A DNA stretch of 64,000 nt, taken from the NCBI GenBank assembly GCA_965237675.1, contig OZ250150.1, forward strand, positions 128,001-192,000, given 5' to 3'. Of the stretch, positions 18,215-29,286 are shown one piece after another; the stretch's first letter is position 1; each line of letters starts with the position of its first letter. The stretch comes from Candidatus Latescibacterota bacterium. GTDB lineage: Bacteria > Latescibacterota > UBA2968 > GCA-2709665. A model generated the notes under the pieces. It did no database searches. It was not told the DNA's origin and saw only the letters and a list, made by a program, of their open reading frames with translations. A program made the position numbers and the translations under genes.

Positions 18215-21130
18215 CTAGAATACAAAGATGTCTTCAAGACCGACCTCGGTTACGGTACCGTACTTCTCAAGCGCCGCGATGTCGATCTTGTTCTTGTCTC
18301 CTACGATGGAGATCAGTTTGACCCGGTTCTTCAGGTTCCGGCCGTAGAACGCCAACATGTCATCCATTTCGGCGACCTGGATTTTCTCGAATCGGGACTT
18401 CCGTGGATCGACAGGTATCCCCAGACGTTCCCAGGAACGCACGGAACCCAGAATCCGTCGAAAGCTGATTTTGTTGGTACGATATCTGTTGAGGATGGAG
18501 GCGCGGGCTTCTTCAAATCGCTCGGGAGAAACGGGAATGTTGTCCATAAGGTCTATGAATGCCGCGACGGCTTCCACGGTCTTGTCGGGCTGGCAGGCGA
18601 CGGAGCCAGCCATGCGATTCTGGTCCCCCATCCGATCGCCGTTGAAGTATCGCGCCCATGCGGAATAGGCGAGTGCCCGGGCTTCACGCAGTTCCTGGAA
18701 AACAATTCCGCTCATGCCGCCACCGAAGTAGTTGTTGTAGAGTTCCGTAGCGGGAACTGAAGCCTCGTCGTAATCTTTGTCGCCGAACTCAATGTAGACA
18801 AGGGCTTGAGCGAGCGATTTGTCAAAGAAGCGAATTTCGGTCTTTTCGGGAGTCTGCGCCTTGTAGAACCGATACGGCGGCGGGTCCTCAAGCGCGCCGG
18901 AGACCGAATGGTGTTTTTTCAAGGTCGTAAGAACCTGTTGAAGGGGCAGGGAACCGATATACGCGATCGTATGTTTGTATTTGAAGAGGCGCCGGACCAG
19001 CGCATGAAGTTCTTCTACGGTAAGTTCCCGCAACGCTTCGTTCGGCAGCATGCGCAGATAGCGGGACTCTTTGCCGTATCGGTTGAACAGAACAACACCG
19101 CCCTGAATGGTGCGGTGATTTTTTTTCGTGTCTTCACGCTCTGCAAGTATGATTTTGGCGAGTTCGTCAAGGGTAGCCTCGTTCGCCGTCGGGTTGTTGA
19201 CAAGTTCCTCCATCAGGCCAAGCGAAGCATCGAGGTTTTCATCGAGGCCGGAGATGGTAACGGTCGTTTCGTTGTTGCCCGCAGACAGGGAGAATTCAGT
19301 ACCGAGTTTGTACCACTCCTTCTTGAGGGCTTCGGAGGTGTGACGTTCAGTACCGGACTTGTCGAGCAACCGGGCGGCAATCCCCATCTTGTTGTTCTGG
19401 TTGTTGCCCAGTTCAACCGTGATGCTCAGCGAGAAAAGGTCGTTTATGGGGTTCCGGGAATAGTAGAGTCGGACGCCGTCGTGGTAGTCGACGATCTGAT
19501 AGTCTCTGGTCGAATCCACGAATGTCGGTTCAATTTCCTCGACGGGCATGGCCAGTACTTCTCCGGCGAAACCGGACTGGCGAGTGGCGTCGATGTCGAT
19601 CTTGTCGATTGCGGGTTTCTGAATCTTGGGAATTTCGTGCTGTTCATCGACGCGGTAGCCGGCAACGTAATTATTCGAGAAGTATTTCCGGGCGACCCGG
19701 ATCACGTCGTCCTTGGTGACCCGTTCCAGGCGGGCAATCTCACTGACGGTATGGTTCCAGTCGTGGGATGCAAGAAAGGAATTGCGAATCCGGCGCACCC
19801 GGGCGTTGTCCGACTCCATCTCCCTCTTGTTGTTCTTTTTGAAATCGGTGACGATGGCGGGCAGAATCCAGTCTTCAAACCGGCCGCTCTTGATGATTTC
19901 AATTTGATCGAGCAGCAGTTGTTCCAGTTCTTCCAGTGTCTGACCTTTCTTGGGAATGCCCCAGAGATACTGAGCGCCATGGTCGTTGTAAAGGGAGGGA
20001 TACGAACCGGCCTGTCGGACCTTTTGTTTCTGGTTGAGATTCAGGTTAATCAATCCGGCGGTGGCGTTGTCCAGAATCATATCCAGGAGTCGGAGCCCGT
20101 CCGCGTCCTGATGATTCCTGGATGCGGTCCTGAACGCCAGAAGGACGTATTCCTCGCCCTGGAACTTGACCTTCACCCGTTCGACGCCGCTCAGGGGAGG
20201 CTCCTTCCAATCGGGCAATTGAGGTAGAGACCCGGGCTGCCATGCCGAGAAATATTCGTCGATCAGCGCTATGGTTTCGTCGATCCGGATGTCGCCCGAA
20301 ATTGCGATCGCCAAATTGTTCGGGACGTAATAGGTATTGTAAAACGAGTACATGTTTTCAAGCGATGGGTTCTTCAGGTGTTCCACCTTTCCGATCGTGG
20401 TCTGCTGACCATAGGGATGTTTCTTGTAAAGCAGATCGGCAACGGCGTAACTGATTCCCCGGTCTTTGTTGTCCATAGACCGGTTTTTTTCCTCGTAGAC
20501 CGTCTCGAGTTCGGACTGAAATAGCCGGAAGACGGCGTTCTGAAAGCGTTCGGATTCGACCACGGCCCAGTGCCTCAGCCGGTTGGCGGGAAGATTGATC
20601 CTGTACACGGTCTCTTCATGCCAGGTATGTGCGTTAAGGCCCGTGCCGCCCATGGCCTTATACAGTTTGCTGATTTCGTTGGGAATGGCGTATTTCGCCG
20701 CAAGCTGAGACTCTTTGTTGATCTCGGCGTAGATGGCTTTCCGCTTTTCGGGATCGGTTTCGGCGAAATGTTCTTCGTAAAGCCGCGTAATACGCTGCAA
20801 ATGCGCTTTTTCCTTTTCGTAATCCATTGAGCCGATGTTTCTTGTGCCCTTGAACAGCATATGTTCCAGATAGTGCGCCAGGCCGGTGGATTCAGCGGGA
20901 TCGTGTTTGCTGCCCGCACGTACGATTATCTCCGCGTAAAAGCGCGGTGTCTGATGATTCTCGGTGAGATAGACAGTGAGGCCGTTGGCCAACCGGAAAA
21001 TATGTACCGCCAACGGATCGCCGGAACCCGGCTCGTGAATCCGGGTGTACCCTCCGTCTGCGCGAGAGGCAAAAATGCAAAGAACGGCGATGAGGACCAG
21101 AGCGCACGACGCGGATCGCAACTTATGCAT
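18215..21130 (-). CDS. Secreted M16-family zinc peptidase
   Basis: GLAHYLEH (HXXEH), NAHT, LANGL; signal peptide after ATG 21130. Confidence 0.92.
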   Translation of the reverse strand: MHKLRSASCALVLIAVLCIFASRADGGYTRIHEPGSGDPLAVHIFRLANGLTVYLTENHQTPRFYAEIIVRAGSKHDPAESTGLAHYLEHMLFKGTRNIGSMDYEKEKAHLQRITRLYEEHFAETDPEKRKAIYAEINKESQLAAKYAIPNEISKLYKAMGGTGLNAHTWHEETVYRINLPANRLRHWAVVESERFQNAVFRLFQSELETVYEEKNRSMDNKDRGISYAVADLLYKKHPYGQQTTIGKVEHLKNPSLENMYSFYNTYYVPNNLAIAISGDIRIDETIALIDEYFSAWQPGSLPQLPDWKEPPLSGVERVKVKFQGEEYVLLAFRTASRNHQDADGLRLLDMILDNATAGLINLNLNQKQKVRQAGSYPSLYNDHGAQYLWGIPKKGQTLEELEQLLLDQIEIIKSGRFEDWILPAIVTDFKKNNKREMESDNARVRRIRNSFLASHDWNHTVSEIARLERVTKDDVIRVARKYFSNNYVAGYRVDEQHEIPKIQKPAIDKIDIDATRQSGFAGEVLAMPVEEIEPTFVDSTRDYQIVDYHDGVRLYYSRNPINDLFSLSITVELGNNQNNKMGIAARLLDKSGTERHTSEALKKEWYKLGTEFSLSAGNNETTVTISGLDENLDASLGLMEELVNNPTANEATLDELAKIILAEREDTKKNHRTIQGGVVLFNRYGKESRYLRMLPNEALRELTVEELHALVRRLFKYKHTIAYIGSLPLQQVLTTLKKHHSVSGALEDPPPYRFYKAQTPEKTEIRFFDKSLAQALVYIEFGDKDYDEASVPATELYNNYFGGGMSGIVFQELREARALAYSAWARYFNGDRMGDQNRMAGSVACQPDKTVEAVAAFIDLMDNIPVSPERFEEARASILNRYRTNKISFRRILGSVRSWERLGIPVDPRKSRFEKIQVAEMDDMLAFYGRNLKNRVKLISIVGDKNKIDIAALEKYGTVTEVGLEDIFVF

Positions 21131-21328
21131 GAGTGAATCTCCCTGTTTGGAATCGGATTGAACGGTTGGAAGCGGATGGAATTGACGATGGAAACACCGC
21201 GACCGGCGAAGTAGCAATATAACAAGACTGATGGGCAAATTCAATCCCCGGCGGCCTTTCCGGGTCGGATTCGTCCCCGGCCCCCGGCTGCGCCGACGAC
21301 GCGCGACGGGCTTTTCCTCCCTCAGGAT

Positions 21329-21360
21329 AAAAGGACGGCCGACGTCTTGTCGGCCGTCCT
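21329..21360 (-). terminator. Intrinsic terminator
   Basis: AGGACGGCCGAC/GTCGGCCGTCCT stem followed by T tract on the minus strand. Confidence 0.7.
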
Positions 21361-21425
21361 GTGCAAATCCCAATGTAGATCCGGTGCGAAGAACCGTACC
21401 CGCCACGCGGACCCGCGGCCCGGTG

Positions 21426-22688
21426 CTACTGAAGCTCTCCTGCCTGCGCCACCACCTTTCGGAAAGCCTCCGCATGTTCTTTGATTATCTCCGGGCGATA
21501 GTGTTTAAACCATGGGATGGAATAGAGACGCTCCGACATCTGCTCCGTCTGCGGCAGGCTGCCCTGGCCCTGGCGAACGTCCGAATCGGAGTGCGCGACC
21601 CGTGTGGGTTCGCCGTGCCCGTACACGTCGGCCTCGTTCAAAACGGGATGCAGATGCATCAGCAGGTTGGCCCCCGCTCCGCAGGAAGTCCCTTCGGCCC
21701 GCACTGCCTCGCAGAACTTCCGCAGGGGCAGCCCGCCCAGTTCCTCAGGCACGTAAATTCCATGCGCGGCATACCACCCACCCATTGAACTGCCGGAGTT
21801 TTTCGGCGGTCTGTGCGGGCGCAGCCCGGGCGCACCTTCAAGCAGATCCCAGAAATAGTTCATTGACCGGTCGATCTCTTCCATGCGTTCTCGGTAATGC
21901 TTGAGTTGAACCCGTCCCACGGCCGACGAAAGCTGGTGCATCCTGTATTTGAATCCGCCCAGAGGCAAGCCGGCGAATTTCTTCAACTCGGGATTGTCGA
22001 TCTGTCCGGTTCGCTCGTAGTGACCGAATGCGACGGCGCGCTCATAGATCTCTTTGTCGTCGGTTATCAGCATTCCCGCCTCTCCGATGGCAAGCGACTT
22101 TCCCGCCATACACGACATGGCGCCCACATGGCCGATCCCGCCCGCCAATCGTCCCTTGTACAGCGCGCCGTGCGCGTGAGAGACATCTTCGATCACCTTG
22201 ATCCCGCGGGCGTTGGCAATATCCATAATTGCATCCATATCGGTGGGATGCCCGAAATAATGTACCGCCACGATCGCCTTGGTTCTGTCCGTAATTTTCC
22301 TTTCCACGTCTGCCGGATCCAGCGTGATCGTATCCGGATCGATATCCGCGTAGACAATGGTGGCGCCAAGATTCATCGCCTGCAAGACAGATGCCCAGAA
22401 CGTCATACTCTGGCAGATGATTTCATCTCCCACGCCCACGCCGCAGCCGAACATCGCCGAATGAATGGACGACGTACCCGTATTGTGCGCCAGCGCGTAC
22501 TTCGTGCCAAACCAGTCGGCATATTCCTTTTCAAACTTCACCGTTACGTCCGTGCCGGACATCGCCCCGCGGCGCAACACCTCCAGTGTGGCTTCCTCGT
22601 CCTCTTCCGTGATAATCGGCCAGGTGAACATATCTCCCGGATCGGTCTTCACCGCCCTGGATCCACCAAGAATTGCCAACTTGTCCAT
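21426..22688 (-). CDS. DegT/DnrJ/StrS PLP aminotransferase
   Basis: GTSS, VGDEII, IEDVSHAHG, SCMAGKSL (Lys present). Confidence 0.92.
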   Translation of the reverse strand: MDKLAILGGSRAVKTDPGDMFTWPIITEEDEEATLEVLRRGAMSGTDVTVKFEKEYADWFGTKYALAHNTGTSSIHSAMFGCGVGVGDEIICQSMTFWASVLQAMNLGATIVYADIDPDTITLDPADVERKITDRTKAIVAVHYFGHPTDMDAIMDIANARGIKVIEDVSHAHGALYKGRLAGGIGHVGAMSCMAGKSLAIGEAGMLITDDKEIYERAVAFGHYERTGQIDNPELKKFAGLPLGGFKYRMHQLSSAVGRVQLKHYRERMEEIDRSMNYFWDLLEGAPGLRPHRPPKNSGSSMGGWYAAHGIYVPEELGGLPLRKFCEAVRAEGTSCGAGANLLMHLHPVLNEADVYGHGEPTRVAHSDSDVRQGQGSLPQTEQMSERLYSIPWFKHYRPEIIKEHAEAFRKVVAQAGELQ

Positions 22689-22906
22689 CGTCGAACCTCC
22701 TCAGGAGCGTTCCACCCCCACATTCAAGTTAACCGACGGGAAATCCCGTAAACCCATATACCGCAACACCCGATTTTATAGTAAAAAAAAAGCGATTCCG
22801 CAAGCGAAATATCCGGCAATCAACCTTTCGCGTTTCCCCTTGATTTTTCGGCGTGATTTCGGTAATTGAGACATCTCGGGTTCATTGAACTTCACGATCG
22901 GCTTCC

Positions 22907-23884
22907 ATGTCCATTCTCATTACCGGTATTACGGGCAGAATCGGCGCCAACCTGGCCAGGACTCTGTGTAATCACGGGCAAACCGTCCGCGGCCTCGTCT
23001 GGCCTCGAGACCCCCGCATCGACAAATTGAATGACATGAACGTGGAACTCGTCTACGGCAGCCTCACGAATCCCCGAGACGTGCAGGCGGCCGTAACGGG
23101 CGTCAGGGCGGTTTACCACCTCGGGGCGGCCTTTCAGGGTGGCGGCCCCTTTTCCGAAACCGACTATTTCGAAATCAACGTGCGCGGCACGTTCAACATG
23201 CTCGAAGCCGCCAGAGCACAGGACACACCGCCAAGGTTCATCTTCGCGGGCACCGACGCCATTTACGAAAAGTACGTCCCGGGGGGTTTGGCCGAACCCA
23301 TCCGCGAAGATCAGACTCCCCGGCATACGCGGGGATGGTACGCCCTCTCCAAATCTCTTGGCGAGGAACTCTGTACCGGATACTGGCTCACCTACGACCT
23401 GCCCGTCGTGGTCCTTCGCTTTTGCATGGTCTTTGGCGCGGGCGAGATTCTGGACTTCCCGCATTTCCATCTGAGCGGATTGAAAGGGCGTTCCGAATTC
23501 AAGGGTATGTGGCAGGGAACAGACTGCCTGGTGGTACTCAAAGACCAGGAGGGCAGACCCTATAAGAAACACATCGCCGACGTGCGGGACATCGTCCAGG
23601 GCTGCCAGCTGGCATTGTGCGCCGAGGGCGTTTCAGGCGAAATCATCCAGCTCGCCGGTCCCGCGCCATTCGCCTGGGATGAAGCCGTCCCGTATCTTTC
23701 GGAACGTCTGGGCGTCCCGTGTATCGAAGCTGTCCTGAAGGGCGACCCCACGTTCTATGAATTCAACCTGTCCAAGGCCCGGAGGCTGCTGTGTTTCAAA
23801 CCCAGGTACGATATCCGGCGGATGATCGATGACGCCCTCGCCTACCGACGCGGGGATGACATCGGCGTCCTGCCGACGGTTTAG
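22907..23884 (+). CDS. NAD-dependent epimerase/dehydratase (extended SDR)
   Basis: ITGITGRIG, HLGA, YALSK. Confidence 0.9.
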   Translation: MSILITGITGRIGANLARTLCNHGQTVRGLVWPRDPRIDKLNDMNVELVYGSLTNPRDVQAAVTGVRAVYHLGAAFQGGGPFSETDYFEINVRGTFNMLEAARAQDTPPRFIFAGTDAIYEKYVPGGLAEPIREDQTPRHTRGWYALSKSLGEELCTGYWLTYDLPVVVLRFCMVFGAGEILDFPHFHLSGLKGRSEFKGMWQGTDCLVVLKDQEGRPYKKHIADVRDIVQGCQLALCAEGVSGEIIQLAGPAPFAWDEAVPYLSERLGVPCIEAVLKGDPTFYEFNLSKARRLLCFKPRYDIRRMIDDALAYRRGDDIGVLPTV

Positions 23885-23973
23885 AGCCGCTCGGACCCAA
23901 TGACTGAAATCGAACCTGGTGTCCCCTCCCGGAAATGTGTCACCATTCTTCCACCTCGCGAAAAGGTGAAGTC

Positions 23974-24735
23974 ATGTTCTCAGACCGCTCATTCTGGCCT
24001 GAAGACCTCCAGGGCGCCGTAAGTCTCACTTTCGACGACGGCCTCGATACGCAATTGGACAATGCAATTCCCTGCCTGGACGACTGTGACCTGAAGGGGA
24101 CGTTCTACGTCAACCCGGGCCGGTCGGAAGCCTGGGAGTCGCAGGTTCCCCGCTGGCAACAGGCCAGTAAAAACGGCCATGAACTCGGCAATCACACCTC
24201 CATGCATCCCTGCTCCTGCAACTTCGGATTTCGTAACGATGGCTTCTGCCTGGAAAACCTGGGGCTGGATGACATTGAGCGGACCATCGACAAAGCCACT
24301 GAAGACCTGAACCACCTTTTTCCTGAACAACATGGGGACCGAACTTTCTGTTATCCCTGTTACCAGACGTACGTGGGGGCGGGTGAGAACCGGCAATCCT
24401 ATGTGCCACTCGTCGCTGGCCGCTTCAAGGCCGCCCGGGGCTGGGGCGAACGCGCCAACCATCCAAAACGGATCGACCTGGCCTACACCTGGTCGCTGCC
24501 CGTAGACCGTCACTCGGGGCGGGAGATGGTCGCGTACATCGAAACCGCCGTTAAAGATGGTCTCTGGGCGGTCATTTGCATGCACGGCATCGGAGGCCAG
24601 CATCTCTCCATTTCAACAGCGTCATTGAGGGAAGTCACTCGTTATCTGGATTGTAACCGAAACCGGATCTGGACCGCCACGATGATCGACGTTGCCAACT
24701 ACATAATCCGGCATCGTCGCGGACGGGACGGATAA
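23974..24735 (+). CDS. Polysaccharide deacetylase (NodB) family protein
   Basis: LTFDDG, HELGNHTSMH, FCYP, MHG. Confidence 0.9.
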   Translation: MFSDRSFWPEDLQGAVSLTFDDGLDTQLDNAIPCLDDCDLKGTFYVNPGRSEAWESQVPRWQQASKNGHELGNHTSMHPCSCNFGFRNDGFCLENLGLDDIERTIDKATEDLNHLFPEQHGDRTFCYPCYQTYVGAGENRQSYVPLVAGRFKAARGWGERANHPKRIDLAYTWSLPVDRHSGREMVAYIETAVKDGLWAVICMHGIGGQHLSISTASLREVTRYLDCNRNRIWTATMIDVANYIIRHRRGRDG

Positions 24736-24795
24736 GGGGACCCTCCGCTTTGCGGACCCCCCTTTGCCGAAAGGCCCGAAACACGAGGATTCCGC

Positions 24796-25902
24796 ATGAT
24801 CGTACAGACACATCTCATCGGATGCCGCAAAGCCGACCTGGACACGCCGGCGCTCCTGGTGGACCTGCCCACGCTGGAACGCAATGTTCAGAAGATGGCA
24901 GATACCATTATCCACAATGCGGGCGTCCAGTGGCGTCCTCACACCAAGGGCATGAAGACCCCGGCGCTCGCTCACAGATTGCTGGACGCGGGGGCCATCG
25001 GGATTACCTGCGCCAAGCTCGGCGAGGCCGAAGTGATGGCCGCAGGCGGCGTCAAGGACATCCTCGTTGCGAACCAGATCGTGGGCACCCGTAAAATCGC
25101 CCGCCTGGTCAACCTTTGTAAACACGCCGACGTGATGGTCTGCGTGGACGACGAAAGCAACATCAGTCAACTCAACCTCGCAGCCGTGGAAAAAGGCGTC
25201 CGCGTCCGGGTGCTGGTTGAAGTCAACGTGGGCATGAATCGGGCGGGCGCCGAGCCGGGCGAACCCGTTCTATCACTGGCGCAGACCATCGCCGCCTGCC
25301 CGGGCTTGCGATTCTCGGGCCTGATGACGTGGGAAGCGCACACTCTGGCCATTAAAGACTCCGGCGAAAAACGGCGGGTCATAACGGAATCCCTGACGAA
25401 ACTCACAACCAGCGCGGACCTGTGCCGTCGCAACGGACTATGCGTCGACATTGTCAGTTGCGGCGGCACCGGCACGTACTGGATCAGCGCCTTTCATCCG
25501 GGGATCACCGAAATCGAAGCCGGCGGCGGCATCTTCGGCGATGTCCGGTATCGCACCGTTTTCGGTGTGGAGCACGAATACGCCCTCACGGTACTTTCCA
25601 CCGTAACCAGCCGCCCCACGCCCACCCGCATTATCTGTGACGCGGGGAAGAAAACCATGAGCAGCGACGCCGCCGTTCCAGAGCCGATCGGCATCCCCAA
25701 CGTCACATTCGTGGGCCTGTCCGCCGAACACGGCAAGATTGAACTGAACGCGCCCGCGGAGACCCCGCGAGTTGGCGAAACCATTGAATTCGTGGCGGGT
25801 TACTCCGACACGACGGTTGTCCTGCACGACGAACTCTACGGAATCCGCGACGGCGTCGTTGAAACCGTCTGGCCGCTTCCGGCTCGCGGTCGCCTGCAGT
25901 GA
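24796..25902 (+). CDS. D-threonine aldolase/DSD1-like PLP enzyme (alanine racemase fold)
   Basis: LDTPALLVD, RPHTK, GGTGT, DAGKK, SAEHG. Confidence 0.9.
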   Translation: MIVQTHLIGCRKADLDTPALLVDLPTLERNVQKMADTIIHNAGVQWRPHTKGMKTPALAHRLLDAGAIGITCAKLGEAEVMAAGGVKDILVANQIVGTRKIARLVNLCKHADVMVCVDDESNISQLNLAAVEKGVRVRVLVEVNVGMNRAGAEPGEPVLSLAQTIAACPGLRFSGLMTWEAHTLAIKDSGEKRRVITESLTKLTTSADLCRRNGLCVDIVSCGGTGTYWISAFHPGITEIEAGGGIFGDVRYRTVFGVEHEYALTVLSTVTSRPTPTRIICDAGKKTMSSDAAVPEPIGIPNVTFVGLSAEHGKIELNAPAETPRVGETIEFVAGYSDTTVVLHDELYGIRDGVVETVWPLPARGRLQ

Positions 25903-26093
25903 CAATGACCCGCACCCGGGTATCGGCACCTGCATGCGCGACCGTCGTACCCATGCGCCGACTTCAGCGTGAAAACGCCGGTTCGTGCCGGCCGCAGAGC
26001 ACTTGAATTCGGAATTCACAACAGGCCGGACGCCGTCGATTCAATCCTCGCGACCCTTCGTCGATGATCCCTCGAAATTTGCCCAGTTTTGTA

Positions 26094-26122
26094 TTGACGA
26101 TTTCCGCATAAATCGTTATAAT
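26094..26122 (+). promoter_or_regulatory. Sigma70 promoter of the frd operon with an inverted repeat in the spacer
   Basis: TTGACG-N17-TATAAT; ACGATTT-N6-AAATCGT at 26097-26116. Confidence 0.7.
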
Positions 26123-26178
26123 AGGTGCGTTTTTTGAAGGAACTGAAAGCGTTCCACCTGCGCCTACAGGGGTCTTAA

Positions 26179-27888
26179 ATGGACATACCGATTCACGACG
26201 TGCTTCTCGTAGGGGGCGGCGCGGCGGGCTTGCGTGCCGCCATCGCGGCGGCGGAAACCGATTCCAATCTGAACGTTGCCGTCGTCTCCAAAGTCTACCC
26301 CATGCGCAGCCACACCGTCTCCGCCGAGGGCGGCGCGGCAGCCGTCATGCGCGAATACGACAATCTGGATCTCCACTCTTTCGACACAATTAGAGGCAGC
26401 GATTACCTGGCCGACCAGGACGTCGTCGAAGCCTTTGTAAAGGAAGCACGGGACGAAGCCATACAACTGGAACACTGGGGCTGCCCCTGGAGCCGAGATG
26501 CGGACGGTCGCGTCAGCGTGCGCGCTTTTGGCGGCATGAGCGTAAAGCGCACTCTTTATGCGGCGGACAAAACCGGCTTCCACATGTTACACGCGCTGTT
26601 TCAGACCTCCCTGAAATACAACGCGGTTACCCGTTACGACGAGTGGTTTGTCACATCCCTTCTTGTAGACGACGGAAGGGTCTGCGGCGTAGCCGCCCTG
26701 AACATGCGCTCGGGCGCCATCCACGCCATTGGCGCGAAATCCGTTATCATCTGCACCGGAGGGGGCGGAAAGGTCTTTCCGTTTACCACCAATGCCTCCA
26801 TCAAAAACGGCGACGGTATGGCCCTGGCATACCGCATCGGGTGTCCATTGAAGGACATGGAGTTCGTGCAGTACCATCCCACCGGCCTTCCCGGTACGGG
26901 CATCCTGATGACGGAAGCCTCCCGAGGGGAAGGGGGATACCTGGTCAATAACAAGGGCGAACGCTACCTGAGCGAATACATACCCGGCAAAATGGAACTG
27001 GGCCCGCGCGATATCCTGTCCCGGGCTTTTGTTTATGAAACGCGAGCGGGCCGGGTCTTCGACGGACCCTACGGCAACTACGTCCATCTGGATCTGAGAC
27101 ACCTGGGTGAGAAAGTCATCGACGAAAAGCTGCCTTTTGTCCGGGAACTCACCAGGAACTACGTGGGGCTCGATCCGGTCCGGGACCCCATCCCCGTCCG
27201 CCCCGTCGTCCACTACATGATGGGTGGCGTCCATACCGATATCGACGGCGTAACGCCCATTCCGGGCCTTTACGCCGCCGGCGAAGCCGCCTGCGTCAGT
27301 CTCAACGGCGCCAATCGCCTGGGCTCCAATTCCCTAACGGAATGCCTGGTGTTCGGCGCACGCGCGGGCAAAGTCGCTGCGGATAACGCCAACGGACAGG
27401 AGGCCCCCAGGCCGGACACGCTCGAAAACCTCACCCGTGACGAGCGGCGGCGCATCGAACGGACGTACCTGCAGCCACGTAACGGCAAGGAACGCGTCGC
27501 GACCATTCGTACCGAAATGCAGCTGGCAATGGAACGCGGCGCCGGAATCTTCCGCGATGAAGAAACATTGAAAGAAACCTGCGAAGTCCTGGGGCAACTC
27601 CAGGAACGCTTCCGGAGCGTGGGCCTGGATGACACCTCCAGTGTGTTCAACACCGAACTCACAGCGGCCCTGGAACTGGGTTTCATGCTGGATGCGGCCG
27701 AAGTGCTTGCCCACGCCGCCCTGCAACGAAGGGAATCCAGGGGCTCCCACTCCCGCTCGGACCATGAAACCCGCGACGATGAGAGATTTCTCACACACTC
27801 GCTGACCTACAAGACGGAAGATGGCCCGCGCACCGACTACCTCCCCGTGACGATCACCCGCTGGCAGCCCGAAGAACGCAAATATTGA
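26179..27888 (+). CDS. frdA: Fumarate reductase/succinate dehydrogenase flavoprotein
   Basis: [16 protein letters not shown] (covalent FAD His), [22 protein letters not shown]. Confidence 0.95.
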   Translation: MDIPIHDVLLVGGGAAGLRAAIAAAETDSNLNVAVVSKVYPMRSHTVSAEGGAAAVMREYDNLDLHSFDTIRGSDYLADQDVVEAFVKEARDEAIQLEHWGCPWSRDADGRVSVRAFGGMSVKRTLYAADKTGFHMLHALFQTSLKYNAVTRYDEWFVTSLLVDDGRVCGVAALNMRSGAIHAIGAKSVIICTGGGGKVFPFTTNASIKNGDGMALAYRIGCPLKDMEFVQYHPTGLPGTGILMTEASRGEGGYLVNNKGERYLSEYIPGKMELGPRDILSRAFVYETRAGRVFDGPYGNYVHLDLRHLGEKVIDEKLPFVRELTRNYVGLDPVRDPIPVRPVVHYMMGGVHTDIDGVTPIPGLYAAGEAACVSLNGANRLGSNSLTECLVFGARAGKVAADNANGQEAPRPDTLENLTRDERRRIERTYLQPRNGKERVATIRTEMQLAMERGAGIFRDEETLKETCEVLGQLQERFRSVGLDDTSSVFNTELTAALELGFMLDAAEVLAHAALQRRESRGSHSRSDHETRDDERFLTHSLTYKTEDGPRTDYLPVTITRWQPEERKY

Positions 27889-27951
27889 AACCTGGATTCA
27901 AAAGCGTGAGATCCGACGCCTCGATTTCGAATCCTCCGCAAGGGGAACTTC

Positions 27952-28701
27952 ATGAGTAAAGGCCAGAAGATCACCATAACCGTAACCCGCTACCGTCCCG
28001 AACATGAAGACGAGCCTGTCGAACAGTCTTACGAAATCGACTTTCAAGAAGACTGGGTGGTACTGGATGCGCTCAATCATATAAAGGATTATATTGACGG
28101 ATCGCTCTCGTTCCGCTGGTCCTGCCGGATGGGCGTCTGCGGAAGCTGCGGCATGACGGTTAACGGTGAACCCAAGCTCTCGTGCGCCGCCTTCTTGCGC
28201 GACTATTACCCCGGTGAAGTCCGCGTGGAACCGCTGCACAACTTCCCCATCGTCCGAGACCTCATAATCGACATGACCGATTTCATGGAAAAACTCCAGG
28301 CGGTGCAGCCCTGGATCATCCGGGACGAAGAAAAGCCCGTATCGGAAGGGGAATACCTGCAGACGCCCGAGGAACTGAAGGAATACAAGCAGTTCAGCAT
28401 GTGCATCAACTGCATGCTCTGTTATGCCGCGTGTCCCATATACGGCCTCGAAACCCAATTCATCGGCCCTGCCGCCATTGCCCTCGGGCATCGGTACAAC
28501 CTGGATTCCCGCGACGAGGGCCGGGAACAGCGTCAACATGTGATTGCGAGCAGCGAAGGCATCTGGGAGTGCACTTATATTGGAGAGTGCTCCGTGGTCT
28601 GTCCCAAAGACGTGGACCCCGCCGCTGCCATCCAACGGAACAAGGTGGCCACAACCGGCGGCTGGTTCAAATCCGTACTCCTGCCCTGGGGGAAGAAGTA
28701 A
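27952..28701 (+). CDS. frdB: Fumarate reductase iron-sulfur subunit
   Basis: [28 protein letters not shown]. Confidence 0.95.
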   Translation: MSKGQKITITVTRYRPEHEDEPVEQSYEIDFQEDWVVLDALNHIKDYIDGSLSFRWSCRMGVCGSCGMTVNGEPKLSCAAFLRDYYPGEVRVEPLHNFPIVRDLIIDMTDFMEKLQAVQPWIIRDEEKPVSEGEYLQTPEELKEYKQFSMCINCMLCYAACPIYGLETQFIGPAAIALGHRYNLDSRDEGREQRQHVIASSEGIWECTYIGECSVVCPKDVDPAAAIQRNKVATTGGWFKSVLLPWGKK

Positions 28702-28702
28702 G

Positions 28703-29119
28703 ATGATGCGCGAACCCGAAACCGAACACAAGGCCTATGTGCGTCCCGTACCGATCACCTGGTGGTTGCATAACCGCCGGTACTTCCTGTTCATGATCAG
28801 GGAATCAACCAGTGTGTTCATCGCCCTGTTTGTTCTGCTATACCTGTACCAGCTTTTCCTGATCTCAAAAGGCGCGGAAGTTCACGATTTGTTTCAGGAA
28901 TCTCTCCGCTCCGTACCATTTGTCGTGTTTTATGCCATCGTCCTGCTTTTTGCGCTTTACCACAGCATCACATGGCTGGGTCTGGTGTCCAAAATCCAGA
29001 TCGTTCGGGTTGGGCGCCTGACGGTACCACCCTTTCTCGTGGGACTGGGCGCCTATCTTTCATGGATTGTCGCGTCGACCGTCATCGCCTGCCTGTTTCT
29101 GACCTTAACAGTCCGTTGA
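28703..29119 (+). CDS. frdC: Fumarate reductase membrane subunit C
   Basis: YVRP...WW..RRYFLFMIRESTS; three TM helices; HSITW. Confidence 0.88.
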   Translation: MMREPETEHKAYVRPVPITWWLHNRRYFLFMIRESTSVFIALFVLLYLYQLFLISKGAEVHDLFQESLRSVPFVVFYAIVLLFALYHSITWLGLVSKIQIVRVGRLTVPPFLVGLGAYLSWIVASTVIACLFLTLTVR

Positions 29120-29268
29120 TAAAGTCGCTCTGCAGGCGAGGCTGAGCCATTGTGGCCGAAGACAAGGCGCGCGACCGAGTCGACTCGGGGGATTCGGCGA
29201 GGGAGCGCAACGCAGTATTTCGACCGCAAGGGCCGGCCGTAGCCCGGATGGACTTTTGCAACGGGCTG
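29109..29268. mobile_element. MITE-like element (family B), 18-bp imperfect TIRs
   Basis: CAGTCCGTTGATAAAGTC ... GACTTTTGCAACGGGCTG (15/18); right end recurs inverted at 45433. Confidence 0.7.
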
Positions 29269-29286
29269 ATAAAGTAGGGAGAATCC

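Noticed and set aside
21131-21475. N-terminal extension of the M16 ORF to 1086 aa
   Set aside because: It overlaps the DegT gene and a terminator; signal peptide and RBS fit ATG 21130
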